From assembly GCA_035720425.1 (NCBI GenBank), contig DASTOB010000210.1, forward strand, positions 2,638 to 66,637: DNA of 64,000 bases, read 5' to 3'. Numbering within the stretch: the stretch's first letter is position 1; the number at the start of each line of letters is the position of its first letter. Made by a program: the position numbers and the translations under genes. Positions 19,952 to 30,977 of the stretch are shown piece after piece. Under the pieces are notes generated by a model. The model was not told the origin of the DNA. It did no database searches and was given only the letters and a program-made list of their open reading frames with translations. This DNA is from Candidatus Limnocylindrales bacterium (GTDB taxonomy: Bacteria; Chloroflexota; Limnocylindria; Limnocylindrales; CSP1-4).

Positions 19952-21114
19952 AGTGCCACCTCGTGGCCGGCGAGCAGGAGTCGACCCAGCCGAAGCACGT
20001 CGCGGAGCTCCGCCGCCTCCTCCGGCGACCCGCCGGCCTCGAGCTCCGCGATGCGCGCCTCGACGTCGCGAATGAACGCACCGGCGATCGTGTCGGCCGG
20101 CGGCAAGGCGCCCTCGGTGAGGGCCGGCAGCGAGGCGTCGCGGACGCGCACCCGGAGGAACGACGCGCGGAGCGCCGCCTCCACCTCGTCGACGTCGAGG
20201 TCCAGCTCGTCGGGGCGCACGCCGGTCAGGCGGACGTCGAGCACGAGGTCGGGGTCCGCTCGGCCGCTCAGGGTCTCGACGAGCGCCGGCTGGCTGGCGA
20301 TCGAGGCCGCGTCGAGTTCGACCCGTTCGAAGCGCGTCCGGCCCACCGCCCGCTCCTCGACCGCGACGGTCCTGGCGGCGCCCTTCTGGTCCAGCTGCAC
20401 GAGCAGCACCTTGCCGGCCCGGTCCTGGTCCACCGCCACCGGCTCGGGCGCGCCGGCGTAGGCATACGTAACGGCACCGGCCGTGCCCTGCTGGGTCGAA
20501 TGCCAATGACCGAGCGCGAGGTAGTCGAGACCGGACGCGGCGATCTCGTCGGTCGTGACGACGACCTCGTCGCGGTCCGTCTTGCCGGGGATTGCGATCG
20601 CCGCGTGGACGAGGCCCACCTTCCAGGTGGCGCGGTCGTCGCTCGCGGCGGCGAGGCCGGCGAGTGGGCTGTGCGGGGCACGTTTCGTCGCAAAGACGGT
20701 CCCGTATACGACAAGGTCGCAGCTGGCGAGGTGGACCTCCGGCCGGTCCGGCGTAAGGACGGTCACGAGGTCGTCGTCCGGCGTGCTGCCGGCGAGCGCC
20801 TTGAGGTCGTGAGCCCGGTAGATCGACGACCGATCGTAGACGTCGTGGGTGCCGGGGATGATGACGGTCCGGATCGACGCCCCGACGAGGCGCTTCAGTT
20901 CCGCCGCCACGCGCTCGACCGATCGGCGCGGCTGGGTGTTCGAGTCGAACAGGTCGCCGGCGATGAGGACGACGTCGACCTTATCCGCGATGGCGAGGTC
21001 GACCGTGGCAACGAACGCGGCGAACTGCCGCTCGCGCTGGGCGGTCGCCTGTTCGCCGAGGTCCGCGTGGCGAGCGCCGAGATGGACGTCCGCGGTGTGC
21101 AGCAATCGGAGCAT
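19948..21114 (-). CDS. sbcD: SbcD/Mre11-type metallophosphoesterase nuclease
   Basis: LLHTADVHLG and GDLFD phosphoesterase motifs. Sits upstream of sbcC with translational coupling. Confidence 0.85.
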   Translation of the reverse strand: MLRLLHTADVHLGARHADLGEQATAQRERQFAAFVATVDLAIADKVDVVLIAGDLFDSNTQPRRSVERVAAELKRLVGASIRTVIIPGTHDVYDRSSIYRAHDLKALAGSTPDDDLVTVLTPDRPEVHLASCDLVVYGTVFATKRAPHSPLAGLAAASDDRATWKVGLVHAAIAIPGKTDRDEVVVTTDEIAASGLDYLALGHWHSTQQGTAGAVTYAYAGAPEPVAVDQDRAGKVLLVQLDQKGAARTVAVEERAVGRTRFERVELDAASIASQPALVETLSGRADPDLVLDVRLTGVRPDELDLDVDEVEAALRASFLRVRVRDASLPALTEGALPPADTIAGAFIRDVEARIAELEAGGSPEEAAELRDVLRLGRLLLAGHEVAL

Positions 21115-21509
21115 CCCGGAGCAGCCTGCCTCCCAATCCGTCGGTTCCGGTCGACGCGATCGGGGCGCCGGGCCGGGCCGGATCGGACCGCCGAGCGGCC
21201 CGCCGGCCTGGCGCGAGCTAGGAGCCCCCTGACCCTCGCTCGCCGCCCCGAATCTCGCCGGTCATTGTGACAGGTCGCGTGTCACGACCGCCAGCCGCAC
21301 CGTGGATTCCCGCGCGAATCGGCCTGCAACGCCTGCTTCCCGGAACCGTTGTATCCTGCCCGGCACTTGACACCGGTGCGCCCCGAGCAGGGACTCCACA
21401 GACGGCACCTGGGTCGCGCGGCCCCGGCACTCCCCGCGATCGCTCGTCCCATCCGTCGGTCGGCCTGCCCCGGACGTGCCACGGCGACACCGCGCTCGGG
21501 AGGCTCATC

Positions 21510-21848
21510 GTGACCTACGTCGACCGAACCCTGATCTGCGTCGATTGCGGCGTGGAGTTCATCCACTCGGCGGCCGATCAGGAGTACTACGTGGCGAAGG
21601 GCTTCGCCAGCGATCCCAAGCGCTGCGCCAGCTGCCGTGCCAGCCGCCGGGCGGCCCGCGACTCCGGCTACGACGTCCGCGACATCGGCGGGCCGCGAGG
21701 CTACGAGCGCAGCGATGAACGACCCGCGCGCGAGTACTTCGCGGTGATCTGCTCGTCGTGCGGAAACCAGGCCCAGGTCCCGTTCAAGCCGCGGATGGAC
21801 CGCCCGGTCTACTGCTCCGACTGCTTCCGCCAGGTCAAGCCGGACTGA
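21510..21848 (+). CDS. double zinc-ribbon (2x CxxC...CxxC) protein
   Basis: CVDCG...CASC and CSSCG...CSDC. 112 aa with a GTG start. Confidence 0.65.
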   Translation: MTYVDRTLICVDCGVEFIHSAADQEYYVAKGFASDPKRCASCRASRRAARDSGYDVRDIGGPRGYERSDERPAREYFAVICSSCGNQAQVPFKPRMDRPVYCSDCFRQVKPD

Positions 21849-21860
21849 GCGCCGCCCGCG

Positions 21861-22613
21861 TCACGGCCCGACGCGGAAGACCTCGCCGCGCCGGTATCGC
21901 TCGCGGTGGCGCCCGCGCCAGACCGTGACCCGTGCCGCGCCGTGGACCTGCCACGATCCGTCGCGCCCGACGATCGCCGTTCCCTCGTCGATCCCGAGCA
22001 CGACCGACCCACGCGGCGCCTGGAGCGCGAGGAGCGCCGACAGCGGCTCCGGCCAGGCGTCGTAGTGGGGAATGACGGCGGCGTTCGCGACGACCCCGAG
22101 CCCGTTTCGCCAGCGCAGCGGCCAGGGCAGCAGTCGCCGGCGGAAATCGAACGTCCGCCCGGCGAGGACCATCGCACCGGCGGAGCAGCCGGCCAGCACC
22201 GCGCCGCGCAGGTGCGCGTCGCGGATCGCGTCCCCGACCGGCGTTCCGCCGAGGGCCGCGAGGAGGTACGCCGGCTTGCCGCCGGACAGGTAGACGAGGT
22301 CGGCCTCGCCGACGGCCTGGACCATCGCCGCGTCGGCCGCGTCGACCCGGTCGCGGACGAGGACCGGCTCCACCTCCGCCCCGAGCGACCGGAAGTGCTG
22401 CAGGCCGAGGGTCGCCCAGCGGTCGAAGACCTCTGCGCCGTCGGCGTAGCTCGCGGTCGGCAGGATCACGACACGGGGTCGCACGCGGCCGGTCGCGTCG
22501 AGCAATCCGCGATCGAATTCGGCCATCGCGGGAAGGAACTCACCGGCGCCGACGAGCGCCACGGGACCCGGCACGTCGCGAAGTCTACCCGGACTCCGGC
22601 AGACCACCCCCAC
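21861..22613 (-). CDS. peptidase S51 / class-I glutamine amidotransferase-like (dipeptidase E / cyanophycinase family)
   Basis: VVILPTAS...LVYLSGG and a GCSAGA nucleophile elbow. Start uncertain. Confidence 0.6.
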   Translation of the reverse strand: MGVVCRSPGRLRDVPGPVALVGAGEFLPAMAEFDRGLLDATGRVRPRVVILPTASYADGAEVFDRWATLGLQHFRSLGAEVEPVLVRDRVDAADAAMVQAVGEADLVYLSGGKPAYLLAALGGTPVGDAIRDAHLRGAVLAGCSAGAMVLAGRTFDFRRRLLPWPLRWRNGLGVVANAAVIPHYDAWPEPLSALLALQAPRGSVVLGIDEGTAIVGRDGSWQVHGAARVTVWRGRHRERYRRGEVFRVGP

Positions 22614-22630
22614 GGCCTATCCTGTCGCGG

Positions 22631-24187
22631 ATGACCTCCACCCAGCGCTGGACCCTGGCCGTGGCGATCCTCGGCTCGGCGATCGTCTTTCTCGACGGAA
22701 CGATCGTCAACGTCGCGCTCCAGCGCATCGGCGCCGAGCTGCCGACGTCGATCGTCGGCGTGCTCGAGGGCCAGACGTACGTCACGAGCGGCTACCTCGC
22801 GACGCTCGCCGCGCTGCTCATCCTGGCCGGCGCCCTGGCCGACTACTACGGGCGGCGACGCATCTTCGGTATCGGCCTCGCCGGGTTCGGCGTCAGCTCC
22901 GTGCTGTGCGGGCTGGCCCCCAGCCTCGAGCTGCTCGCCCTGTTCCGGGTCCTCCAGGGCGCCACCGGCGCGCTCCTCGTGCCGGGTTCGCTGTCGATCA
23001 TCACGGCGACCTTCGACGGACCGGCCCGCGCGCGGGCCTTTGGCATCTGGGCGGCGGCGACGTCGGGGACCACGCTGCTCGGCCCGATCGTCGGCGGCCT
23101 GCTCGTGGACGGCGTGTCATGGCGGGCCGCGTTCCTGGCCAACGTGCCGCTCATCGCGATCGCCCTTTACGCGACCGTGCGCTACATGGAGGAGTCGCGC
23201 GACGAGACGGCCACGGGCCGGTTCGACTGGCTCGGGGCGATCGTCGTCGCGATCGCGGTCGGTGGACTCGCGTTCGGCGCGATCCGGGGACAGGAGAACG
23301 AGTGGCAGGACCCGCTCGCGTTCGCGGCGCTTGGCCTCGGCGCCGTCGCGACCGTGCTCTTCCCGATCCTCATGGCGCGCCGGCCCAACCCGCTCGTGCC
23401 GCTGGCGCTGTTCCGGATCCGCGCCTTCGCGGTGATCAACCTCTCGACGCTGCTCATCTACGGTGCGCTCTACGGGGCGTTCGGCTTCCAGAGCCTGTTC
23501 CTGCAGGGCACCCTCGGCTACACCGCCCTCGCCGCCGGCCTGGTCGGCATCCCGTCGTCGGTGCTCCTGACGACGCTGTCGGCGAGAGTCGGGTCGATCG
23601 CCGGCCGGATCGGCGTCCGGCCGTTCCTCACCGTGGGCCCGTTCATCATGGCCGCGGGTCTTGCCTGGTGGGCGCGGATCCCGTCGTCGAGCGAAGGCTG
23701 GCAGGCCAGCCTCGCGACGCCGGCCAGCCTCGTCCCGAGCGGATCGGTGCTCATCGACGTCATCCCCGCCGTGATCCTGTTCGGGGTCGGCATCTCCCTC
23801 GTCGTGGCGCCCCTCACGAGCGCGCTCATGGCATCCGTGCCGGTCCGCAACGCCGGGCTCGGGTCGGCCATCAACAATGCCGTCTCGCGGGTGGGCCAGC
23901 CCCTGCTCGCCGCGGTCATCTTCATCGTCGTGAGCGGCTCGTTCTATGCGACGCTCGCCGAGCGGGTGCCCGGGCTCGACCCGACCGCGCCGGAGACGCG
24001 AGCGGCCGTCCAGCCGCTCAACCGGCCGGTTCCGGGCACGGACGTCCGGATCGCCGATGCCGCGCGCGTCGCGTCGACCGATGCGTACCGCCTCGCGATG
24101 CTCGTCGGCGCGGCGCTCCTCGTGGCCGGCGGCGTGACGAACTGGATTGGGCTCCGCGATCGTCCGGAGGAGCGTCGCTCGGGATGA
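22631..24187 (+). CDS. MFS transporter, DHA2 (14-TMS drug:H+ antiporter) family
   Basis: 518 aa. The N-terminus (MTSTQRWTLAVAILGSAIVFLDGTIVNVAL) is typical of EmrB/QacA-like transporters. Confidence 0.85.
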   Translation: MTSTQRWTLAVAILGSAIVFLDGTIVNVALQRIGAELPTSIVGVLEGQTYVTSGYLATLAALLILAGALADYYGRRRIFGIGLAGFGVSSVLCGLAPSLELLALFRVLQGATGALLVPGSLSIITATFDGPARARAFGIWAAATSGTTLLGPIVGGLLVDGVSWRAAFLANVPLIAIALYATVRYMEESRDETATGRFDWLGAIVVAIAVGGLAFGAIRGQENEWQDPLAFAALGLGAVATVLFPILMARRPNPLVPLALFRIRAFAVINLSTLLIYGALYGAFGFQSLFLQGTLGYTALAAGLVGIPSSVLLTTLSARVGSIAGRIGVRPFLTVGPFIMAAGLAWWARIPSSSEGWQASLATPASLVPSGSVLIDVIPAVILFGVGISLVVAPLTSALMASVPVRNAGLGSAINNAVSRVGQPLLAAVIFIVVSGSFYATLAERVPGLDPTAPETRAAVQPLNRPVPGTDVRIADAARVASTDAYRLAMLVGAALLVAGGVTNWIGLRDRPEERRSG

Positions 24188-24205
24188 GCGGCCTGGGCGG
24201 CCGGG

Positions 24206-24625
24206 TTACGCGGCCGGTGGGGCTCCGGAGCCGCCTGCCGGCTTGGCCGCCGCCTGGTACTCCTGCCAGGCGCCCCACGCGACGAGCGCCGCTCCGGCCG
24301 GAAGCCCGAGCAGAACGATCGCGTCGACGCCGAGCAGCCACTCGAGGTTCCGCAGCAGGTTGAGCAGGAGCAGGATCGCCGTGATCCCGCCGACGGCGAG
24401 CAGGATCGTCGCGACCGGCACCGGCCACGTGACCGACATGTTCGGCGCGTACTTCACGAAGAGGATCGCGAGGACGGCGATCCCGACGAGCACGCCGAGC
24501 GTCGGCCCGTCCCGCCAGCTGAACACGAATCCGATCAACGCCGCGGCGATGAGGACGATGCCGCCGTAGGCGGCGAGCCGCTCGTTGGCATTGAGCTTCC
24601 CCCACACTTCCTGGACCTGGGGCAC
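24206..24625 (-). CDS. hypothetical small membrane protein
   Basis: 139 aa with 3-4 TM segments. No recognisable motif. Confidence 0.45.
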   Translation of the reverse strand: MPQVQEVWGKLNANERLAAYGGIVLIAAALIGFVFSWRDGPTLGVLVGIAVLAILFVKYAPNMSVTWPVPVATILLAVGGITAILLLLNLLRNLEWLLGVDAIVLLGLPAGAALVAWGAWQEYQAAAKPAGGSGAPPAA

Positions 24626-24803
24626 GGGCCTTCCCTCCTGTTCCAGTCGACGCGAGCGAGCCGATCACAGGAGAGCGTAGCGACCTGCCGCCCGTACGGC
24701 TAGGGGGTCGACGCGTCGACGCCGTCGCGCAGGCCGATCCTCGCCGGCCGGCGCGACCCGACCGTGGCATCCTCGCCGGAACGCAGGAGGGCCAGCCACG
24801 ACG

Positions 24804-26459
24804 GTGTCGCGATCGGATCGACCGGCCGATCTCGTGTTCATCGGCGGCCGGATCGAGACGATCGACCCGGCCCGGAGCACGGTGTCCGCGCTTGCCGTGC
24901 ACGGCGGGCGGATCGTGGCTCGCGGCCCGGATGCCGCGGTACGTGAACTGATCGGCCCCCGGACCCGCGTGGTCGAGCTGCGCGGACGGACCCTCCTCCC
25001 GGGCTTCCAGGACGCTCACGTCCACCCGATCTCGGCCGAGCTCGACGCGATGCGATGCAACCTGCTCGTCGCCCGCGGCGCGGACGCCTACCTCTCGGTC
25101 GTCGCCGAGTACGCGCGGACGCACCCCGGCGAGGCGTGGATTGTCGGCGGCGGCTGGTACATGCCGGACTTTCCGGGCGGCACCCCGCGCCGGGAGGCGC
25201 TCGACCGCGTGGTCCCTGATCGCCCGGTCTACCTCGAGAACCGCGACGGCCACGGCGCGTGGGTGAACAGCCGGGCGCTCGCCATGGCGGGGATCGACGA
25301 CGCGACGCCGGACCCTCCGAACGGTCGGATCGAGCGCGATCCGGACGGCACCGCGACCGGGACCCTCCACGAGGCCGCGATTCATCTCGTCACGCCGCTG
25401 CTGCCGCCGGACGCCCAGGATGAGCTCGAGACGGCCCTCGTCGAGGGTCAGGCGCGGCTCCATGCGTTCGGCATCACTGCCTGGCAGGACGCGCGCGTCT
25501 CGCCGGGCAGCGAGGAGCCGGCGTACACGCGCCTCGCGACGGCCGGCCGGTTGAGCGCGCGGGTCGTCGGCGCGATGCGCTGGGATCCGCGCCGGGGCAC
25601 TGACCAGATCGACGAACTCGTCGAGCGACGGCGGGCCGCGAGCGTGGGCCGCTATGCCGCCACGAGCGTGAAGTTCTACCTCGACGGCGTGATGGAGAAC
25701 TTCACCGCGTCGATGCTCGAACCGTACGGCGACGGACGCGGCGGGACGACCGGCAATCACGGACTGCGCCCGATCGATCCCGCCGTGCTCGCGGATGCCG
25801 TTACCCGGCTCGACGCACTCGGCTTCCAGGCGCACTTCCACGCCATCGGCGATCGGGCCGTCCGCGATGCGCTCGATGCCGTCGAGGCCGCCCGCCGCGC
25901 GAACGGCCCGTCCGACACGCGCCCGCACATCGCCCACATCCAGCTCATCGATCCGGCGGACCTGCCGCGCTTCAAGGGGCTCGGCGTGGCAGCGAATGCG
26001 CAGGCCTACTGGGCCTGTCACGAGGACCAGATGGACGACCTCACGGTCCCGTTCATCGGCGACCGATGGCGGCTCCAGTATCCGTTCCGCTCGCTCCGCG
26101 ACGCCGGCGCGCTGCTCGCCATGGGCTCCGATTGGAGCGTCTCGACGCCGAACCCGCTGCTCCAGATCGAGCTCGCCGTCGAACGCGTCTGGGACGGGCA
26201 TCGCGGCGGCCGGGAGCCGTTCCTGCCGGACGAGCGGATCGAGCTCGTCGATGCGCTCGCCGCGTTCACCGCGGGATCGGCGTGGGTCAATCACCTCGAC
26301 GCCGAGACGGGAAGCCTCGAGGTCGGCAAGGCGGCCGACCTCACCGTGCTCGACCGGGACCTGTTCGATCGGTCGGCCGGGGCGATCGGGGAGGCTCGCG
26401 TCGTGGCGACCTTCGTCGACGGGGAGCCGGTGTGCGAGACGCCGGACCTCGACGGATGA
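24804..26459 (+). CDS. amidohydrolase family (Amidohydro_3) metal-dependent hydrolase
   Basis: FQDAHVHP metal-binding HxH near the N-terminus. 551 aa. Confidence 0.85.
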   Translation: MSRSDRPADLVFIGGRIETIDPARSTVSALAVHGGRIVARGPDAAVRELIGPRTRVVELRGRTLLPGFQDAHVHPISAELDAMRCNLLVARGADAYLSVVAEYARTHPGEAWIVGGGWYMPDFPGGTPRREALDRVVPDRPVYLENRDGHGAWVNSRALAMAGIDDATPDPPNGRIERDPDGTATGTLHEAAIHLVTPLLPPDAQDELETALVEGQARLHAFGITAWQDARVSPGSEEPAYTRLATAGRLSARVVGAMRWDPRRGTDQIDELVERRRAASVGRYAATSVKFYLDGVMENFTASMLEPYGDGRGGTTGNHGLRPIDPAVLADAVTRLDALGFQAHFHAIGDRAVRDALDAVEAARRANGPSDTRPHIAHIQLIDPADLPRFKGLGVAANAQAYWACHEDQMDDLTVPFIGDRWRLQYPFRSLRDAGALLAMGSDWSVSTPNPLLQIELAVERVWDGHRGGREPFLPDERIELVDALAAFTAGSAWVNHLDAETGSLEVGKAADLTVLDRDLFDRSAGAIGEARVVATFVDGEPVCETPDLDG

Positions 26460-26562
26460 CGTAGGCGGATTGCGGTCGTCCGTCGATCGTCGTCTGCGCG
26501 TGGATCGCCGATGCTGGGCCTGCAGTCGCCGATCGAGCGCTGCAGAAGGGAGCCACGGCACG

Positions 26563-26790
26563 ATGAACGCTCACGCCCTCCAGCCGGACCTCGGCCTCGT
26601 CCTCGCGCACGCCCGGCTCTATGAGCGCCTGGCCGAGAGCGCGCTCGACCGCCGCCGAGCGAACGACCGCCCCGGCTTCGGCGACCGGGCCATCCAGCTG
26701 ATCGCCCGCCTTCGCTCCGCGATCACGCAACCGGCCCCGACCGCGACCGGCACCCTCCCCACGCTGACCGACTACCCCTACGCCCGCTGA
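26563..26790 (+). CDS. hypothetical small protein
   Basis: 75-aa in-frame tail of ORF 25795..26790 with an ATG. No similarity recognised. Confidence 0.25.
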   Translation: MNAHALQPDLGLVLAHARLYERLAESALDRRRANDRPGFGDRAIQLIARLRSAITQPAPTATGTLPTLTDYPYAR

Positions 26791-26876
26791 TCCGCCGCGG
26801 GGCTGATCTCTCCCAGCCCCGCTCCTGGCTCCCGGCGACGACGCCCGCATCCTCCTCCGCGGGCGTCGTCGCTTCT

Positions 26877-27494
26877 TCATGTGGCGAGGTCGCCTGGCAC
26901 GTCGACGTCGCGGAGCGTCGCAGCGTCGGGATCGAGCGGCCGCCAAGCTCCTTCCTCGAGGTCGCGGGTGCGCAGCACCGCGAGCAGGGCACGCAGGCTG
27001 CGCTCGCCGTCGGCGATCAGGCGGGCCGCCGCTTCGGTTGCGGAGCCCGTGCGCAGAACGATCGGGAGCGGCTCGCGCCGCCCACGCCGCTCGAGCGCGA
27101 CTGCCTCCGCGTCGGTGCCCGCCGCGAGTGACCGGAGCAGGGCCCGAATCACGTCCGGAACGAGCGAGGGCATGTCGCCCGCGGCGACGACGACGCACGA
27201 CTCCCGAGCCCGCTCGAGACCGGCCAGCAGCCCGACGAGCGGTCCGCCATCCGTCGTCGGGTCGCGCACGACTCGAACCGGAACGCCGACCTCCAGGGTC
27301 GCCGGGAGCGCTGGGCCGTCGCCGACGGGACCGATCACGACGAGTACCTCGGTCGTCGCCTGCGCGACGGCGAGGATCGCGTGATGGACGAGCGGACGGC
27401 TGTCGAACGGCTCGACCAGCTTGTCGCGTCCGAAGCGGCTCGATCGACCGCCGGCGAGGACGATCCCGGACGCGGCCGGCAGCTCGCCGATCAT
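26877..27494 (-). CDS. mobA: molybdenum cofactor guanylyltransferase MobA-like
   Basis: GIVLAGGRSSRFGRDK N-terminal NTP-transferase motif. The ATG overlaps the selB stop (ATGA). Confidence 0.7.
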   Translation of the reverse strand: MIGELPAASGIVLAGGRSSRFGRDKLVEPFDSRPLVHHAILAVAQATTEVLVVIGPVGDGPALPATLEVGVPVRVVRDPTTDGGPLVGLLAGLERARESCVVVAAGDMPSLVPDVIRALLRSLAAGTDAEAVALERRGRREPLPIVLRTGSATEAAARLIADGERSLRALLAVLRTRDLEEGAWRPLDPDAATLRDVDVPGDLAT

Positions 27495-29434
27495 CGCCCG
27501 GACGGACCGCCGACCGGCCTGCGCGGGCCGGGCACGTGGCCCGCAGGCGTCCTCGCCAGGACGCCGCGCCGCCCGAACTCCTCGAGCAGGGCCATGACGT
27601 ACTTGCGGCTCGATCCGATCGCGTCGCGATAGGCCGCCGGCATGAGCGGCGCCTGCTCGGCCATGGCCACGGCGACCGACTCGAGCCGGGCGTAGGTCGG
27701 CGTCGCGAACGCGAGATCGTCGTCGACGCGAACGATCTCGCCGGCCGCCTCGAGCATCCGAACCGCGTCCGACGAGCATCCCGCCGCACGCACCGCCTCG
27801 GCCAGGGACGGCGGCGTCGGCGTGTCGAGGCCCGCCACGAGGCGGTCGAGCGCCGCCCGTGCATGCGGCGACGGCCCGACCGACGCACCGGGACGGAGCA
27901 GCCGTTCCCCGCTGCGGGCCAGGCGACCCGCCCGCACGAGCGCGTCGATGAACGCGGTCGCGGCTGCGTCGGCTCCCTCACGGTCGACCGTGGCCGCACG
28001 GCGGAGCGCGGTCGCCACGGCATCCCGGACGATCGGCGCGGGGGCGCCGGGCATGACCGTGTCATGGCCCGCGCTGGCGGCCTCGACCGCAGCCGACGCT
28101 TCGGTCACGAGGCGCGCCGCGACATCCGGGGCGAGGGCGACCGGACCGGCCACGAGGAGACCGGGCGTCGTCGGTCCCCCGTTCCCGCCCGCCTCGGCCA
28201 CGCGCGACACCGGCAGCGCACCGTGCAGCTCGACGAGGGGGGCGGCCATGGCCTCGAGGCGGGCTGCGGCGGTCGCGAAGGCCCCGAGGCGAGCCGCGGT
28301 CGCGCGGCGCCGCGAGACCCCGCGCGCCGGTAGGGGGTCGAGGACGACACCGCCGGCGAGTGCCGCCCCGGCCGCCGCGTCGCGCAGGACGAACCGGTCG
28401 CCGATCGCCGCCGCCATCGGCCGGTCGAGGCGGAGCACGGCGGTTGCCGCGCCGTCGTCGAGCGGCCCGGCCTCGCGTCCGGATCGGACGACGCGGGCGG
28501 CCGCGTGATCTGTGCCGAGATGGAGCATCACGATCGCGCCGTCGGCTGGGAGCGACGCCGGCGGCGGCGCGGCGGCGCGGAGCGGGACCGGCGGGCGCAA
28601 CACGGCGAGCAGGCGCGACGTCTCGACCACGTCCGGTCCGCCGGCCAGGACGTGCCCGCGCGCCAGTCGGTCGACGCTCGGCCCGGCGATGGCGAGCGCC
28701 GTGCGTCCGGGCCCCGCGCGCTCGACCGTGCCGCCATGGACCTGGATTTCCCGGATCCGGACCGTCTCGCGTTCGGCATAACCCGGCACGAGCCGAAGCG
28801 TCGATCCACGGGTGATCGGTTCGCCCCGGAGTGTCCCCGTCACGACCGTGCCGCGCCCGCGCACGACGAACGCGCGGTCGATCGCGAGGCGCGACGGCCG
28901 CGCCTCGAGTCGTTTCGCTGCGTGAACCGCGTCGCGCAGCTCCGCGAGCGCCATGCGCAGCGCGTCGAGCCCGTCGCCTCGCGTCGCCGAAACCGGCAGC
29001 ACCGGTGCGCCGGCGACGCTCGTGCGCGCGAGCAGCGACCGGGTCGCGGCCACGACCTCCTCGAGCCGCTCCGGCGGGACGAGATCCGCCTTCGTGACCA
29101 CCGCGATGCCATGGCGGATCGCGAGCGCGTCGAGCAGCTCGAGGTGCTCGAACGTCTGCGCGCGCGGCCCGTCGTCGGCGGCGACGACGAGGAGGGCCGC
29201 GTCGATCTCGCCGGCCCCGACGAGCATGTTGCCGACGAGCCGATCGTGGCCGGGCACGTCGACGAAGTCGATCTCGGACCCGTCGTCGAGGCGGAGGTGG
29301 GCGTAGCCCACGTCGATCGTCATGCCCCGCTGCCGCTCCTCAGGAAGCCGATCGGCGTCGATCCCGGTCAGCGCGCGGAGCAGCGCCGTCTTGCCGTGGT
29401 CGATGTGGCCGGCGGTCCCGACGACGACCGTCAC
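27491..29434 (-). CDS. selB: selenocysteine-specific elongation factor SelB
   Basis: GTP-binding GHIDHGKT and DxPGH, followed by long winged-helix C-terminal domains. GTG start overlaps the selA stop. Confidence 0.9.
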   Translation of the reverse strand: MTVVVGTAGHIDHGKTALLRALTGIDADRLPEERQRGMTIDVGYAHLRLDDGSEIDFVDVPGHDRLVGNMLVGAGEIDAALLVVAADDGPRAQTFEHLELLDALAIRHGIAVVTKADLVPPERLEEVVAATRSLLARTSVAGAPVLPVSATRGDGLDALRMALAELRDAVHAAKRLEARPSRLAIDRAFVVRGRGTVVTGTLRGEPITRGSTLRLVPGYAERETVRIREIQVHGGTVERAGPGRTALAIAGPSVDRLARGHVLAGGPDVVETSRLLAVLRPPVPLRAAAPPPASLPADGAIVMLHLGTDHAAARVVRSGREAGPLDDGAATAVLRLDRPMAAAIGDRFVLRDAAAGAALAGGVVLDPLPARGVSRRRATAARLGAFATAAARLEAMAAPLVELHGALPVSRVAEAGGNGGPTTPGLLVAGPVALAPDVAARLVTEASAAVEAASAGHDTVMPGAPAPIVRDAVATALRRAATVDREGADAAATAFIDALVRAGRLARSGERLLRPGASVGPSPHARAALDRLVAGLDTPTPPSLAEAVRAAGCSSDAVRMLEAAGEIVRVDDDLAFATPTYARLESVAVAMAEQAPLMPAAYRDAIGSSRKYVMALLEEFGRRGVLARTPAGHVPGPRRPVGGPSGR

Positions 29435-30810
29435 GACCGATCCCCGAGCGCGGCGCGGACGGCCCCGGTGAGGTCCGCGTCACGCGCCGGGTCCACCGTC
29501 CGCAGGTCGAGCACGACGCGGCCGTCCTCGATCCGGCCGACGACGGCCGGTTCGCCGCCGCGCAACCGGCCGAGCAGCCGATCGGCGGACCGGGCCCGGA
29601 GCGCAAGGCCGACCGACGGGAGCCTCTCGCCCGGGAGGCTGCCGCCGCCGACGGTCGAATGCAGGTCGACGATCGCGACCGCCTCACCGATCGTTCGGGC
29701 GAGCGAAGCGGCGCGCTCGCGGAGCGCGTCGACCGACGTGGCGAGCATGCGCCAGACCGGCACCTCTGCCGTGGCCCGGCCCGCCGCGTACAGGGCGAGC
29801 GTCGCCGCGACGGCCACAAGCGTCGCCTTGTCCGGGCGCATCGCGCGCGCGAGCGGGTCCCGCCGCAGCCGCGCCACGAGGTCCGCGCCGCCGACGACGA
29901 GCCCGGCCTGGGGCCCGCCGACGAGCTTGTCGCCGCTGAACGTGACGAGATCGGCGCCGGCGGCGAGTCGCTCGGACGGCATCGGCTCGTGGGCGAGCCC
30001 GACCGTGGCGGTGTCGAGCAGGGCGCCGCTGCCGAGGTCGTCGACCACGAGCGCCCCGTGAGCGTGCGCGAGCTCGGCGACCGCGACGGGATCGGGATCC
30101 TCGGTGAAGCCCTCCTGGCGGAAGTTCGATCGGTGCACGCGCAGGACGAGGCGCGCCCGCCCGTCGGCCAGCGGAGGCTCGAAGTCGGCCGCCCGGGTCC
30201 GGTTCGTCGTGCCCACCTCGATGAGCCGCGCGCCCGCGCGGCGGACGATCTCCGGGATGCGCACGCCGCCGCCGATCTCGACGAGCTCGCCGCGCGAGAC
30301 GGCCACGCCGCGGCCGCGCCCGGCCAGACCGACGGCGAGGGCGACCGCCGCCGCGTTGTTGTTCGTGACGAGCGCGTCCTCCGCACCGGTCAGCTCGACG
30401 AGCAGCGCCTCCGCCGCGCGGAAGCGGTGGCCGCGCCGCCCGGTGTCGCGGTCCAGCTCGAGCAGGAGCGGATCGGCCGCCGCAGTTCGGGCCGCCTCGA
30501 TCGCCGCGCGCGGCCACGGCGCGCGCCCAAGGTTCGTGTGGATGACCACGCCCGTCGCATTGATGACCGGCGTCAGCCCCGTGGACCAGGCGCGTTCCGT
30601 CGCTTCGAGCCGGCGGACGACCTCGGCCGCGAGCGCCGCGACATCGCGCGCCGCCGCCTGCCCGTCGCCCAGTCGCGCCCGTTCCTCGGCGACGACCGCA
30701 CGCGCCGCCGCGGCAAGGGCGGCATGCTCACGCGGCGCCTGGAGGGCGGCCCGAACGGCGACGAGGACCGCCTCGACGGCGGGCGGTCGGACCGGACGCT
30801 GGATGGCCAT
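29431..30810 (-). CDS. selA: L-seryl-tRNA(Sec) selenium transferase SelA
   Basis: PLP-fold with [14 protein letters not shown] (Lys in SGDK). Start taken at ATG 30810 (MAIQRP...); the ORF extends further upstream. Confidence 0.9.
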   Translation of the reverse strand: MAIQRPVRPPAVEAVLVAVRAALQAPREHAALAAAARAVVAEERARLGDGQAAARDVAALAAEVVRRLEATERAWSTGLTPVINATGVVIHTNLGRAPWPRAAIEAARTAAADPLLLELDRDTGRRGHRFRAAEALLVELTGAEDALVTNNNAAAVALAVGLAGRGRGVAVSRGELVEIGGGVRIPEIVRRAGARLIEVGTTNRTRAADFEPPLADGRARLVLRVHRSNFRQEGFTEDPDPVAVAELAHAHGALVVDDLGSGALLDTATVGLAHEPMPSERLAAGADLVTFSGDKLVGGPQAGLVVGGADLVARLRRDPLARAMRPDKATLVAVAATLALYAAGRATAEVPVWRMLATSVDALRERAASLARTIGEAVAIVDLHSTVGGGSLPGERLPSVGLALRARSADRLLGRLRGGEPAVVGRIEDGRVVLDLRTVDPARDADLTGAVRAALGDRS

Positions 30811-30822
30811 CGGGCGAGGCGA

Positions 30823-30922
30823 CCTCCATGGCGGGAGCGCATGGGAGTCGAACCCACCGCGCAACGCCGAGCGCCGCGCCACTGGTTTTGAAGACCAGGG
30901 GACCCACCGGGACCCGACCGCT
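30823..30922 (-). tRNA. selC: tRNA-Sec (selC), anticodon UCA
   Basis: Reverse complement reads GGCGGGAGCGGTCGGGTCCCGGTGGGTCCCCTGGTCTTCAAAACCAGTGG...CGCTCCCGCCA. Extended acceptor stem, 6-bp anticodon stem, loop CUUCAAA with anticodon UCA, and a long variable arm. CCA is not encoded. Confidence 0.85.
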
Positions 30923-30977
30923 CCCGCCCGATGGTAGCGCGGCGGCCGTCCGATCCCCGTCCGCCTATGATCGACCG

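Noticed and set aside
21856-21880. Hairpin CCGCGTC-ACGGCCC-GACGCGG as a bidirectional terminator between the zinc-ribbon and S51 peptidase genes
   Set aside because: Plausible, but there is no U-tract and GC-rich stems arise easily by chance in this genome. Too weak to list as a feature.
30823-30922. tRNA-Sec discriminator and CCA end
   Set aside because: The sequence gives A rather than the usual G before a non-CCA tail. I kept the tRNA call because the anticodon, stems and variable arm are strong, but the exact 3' end is uncertain.
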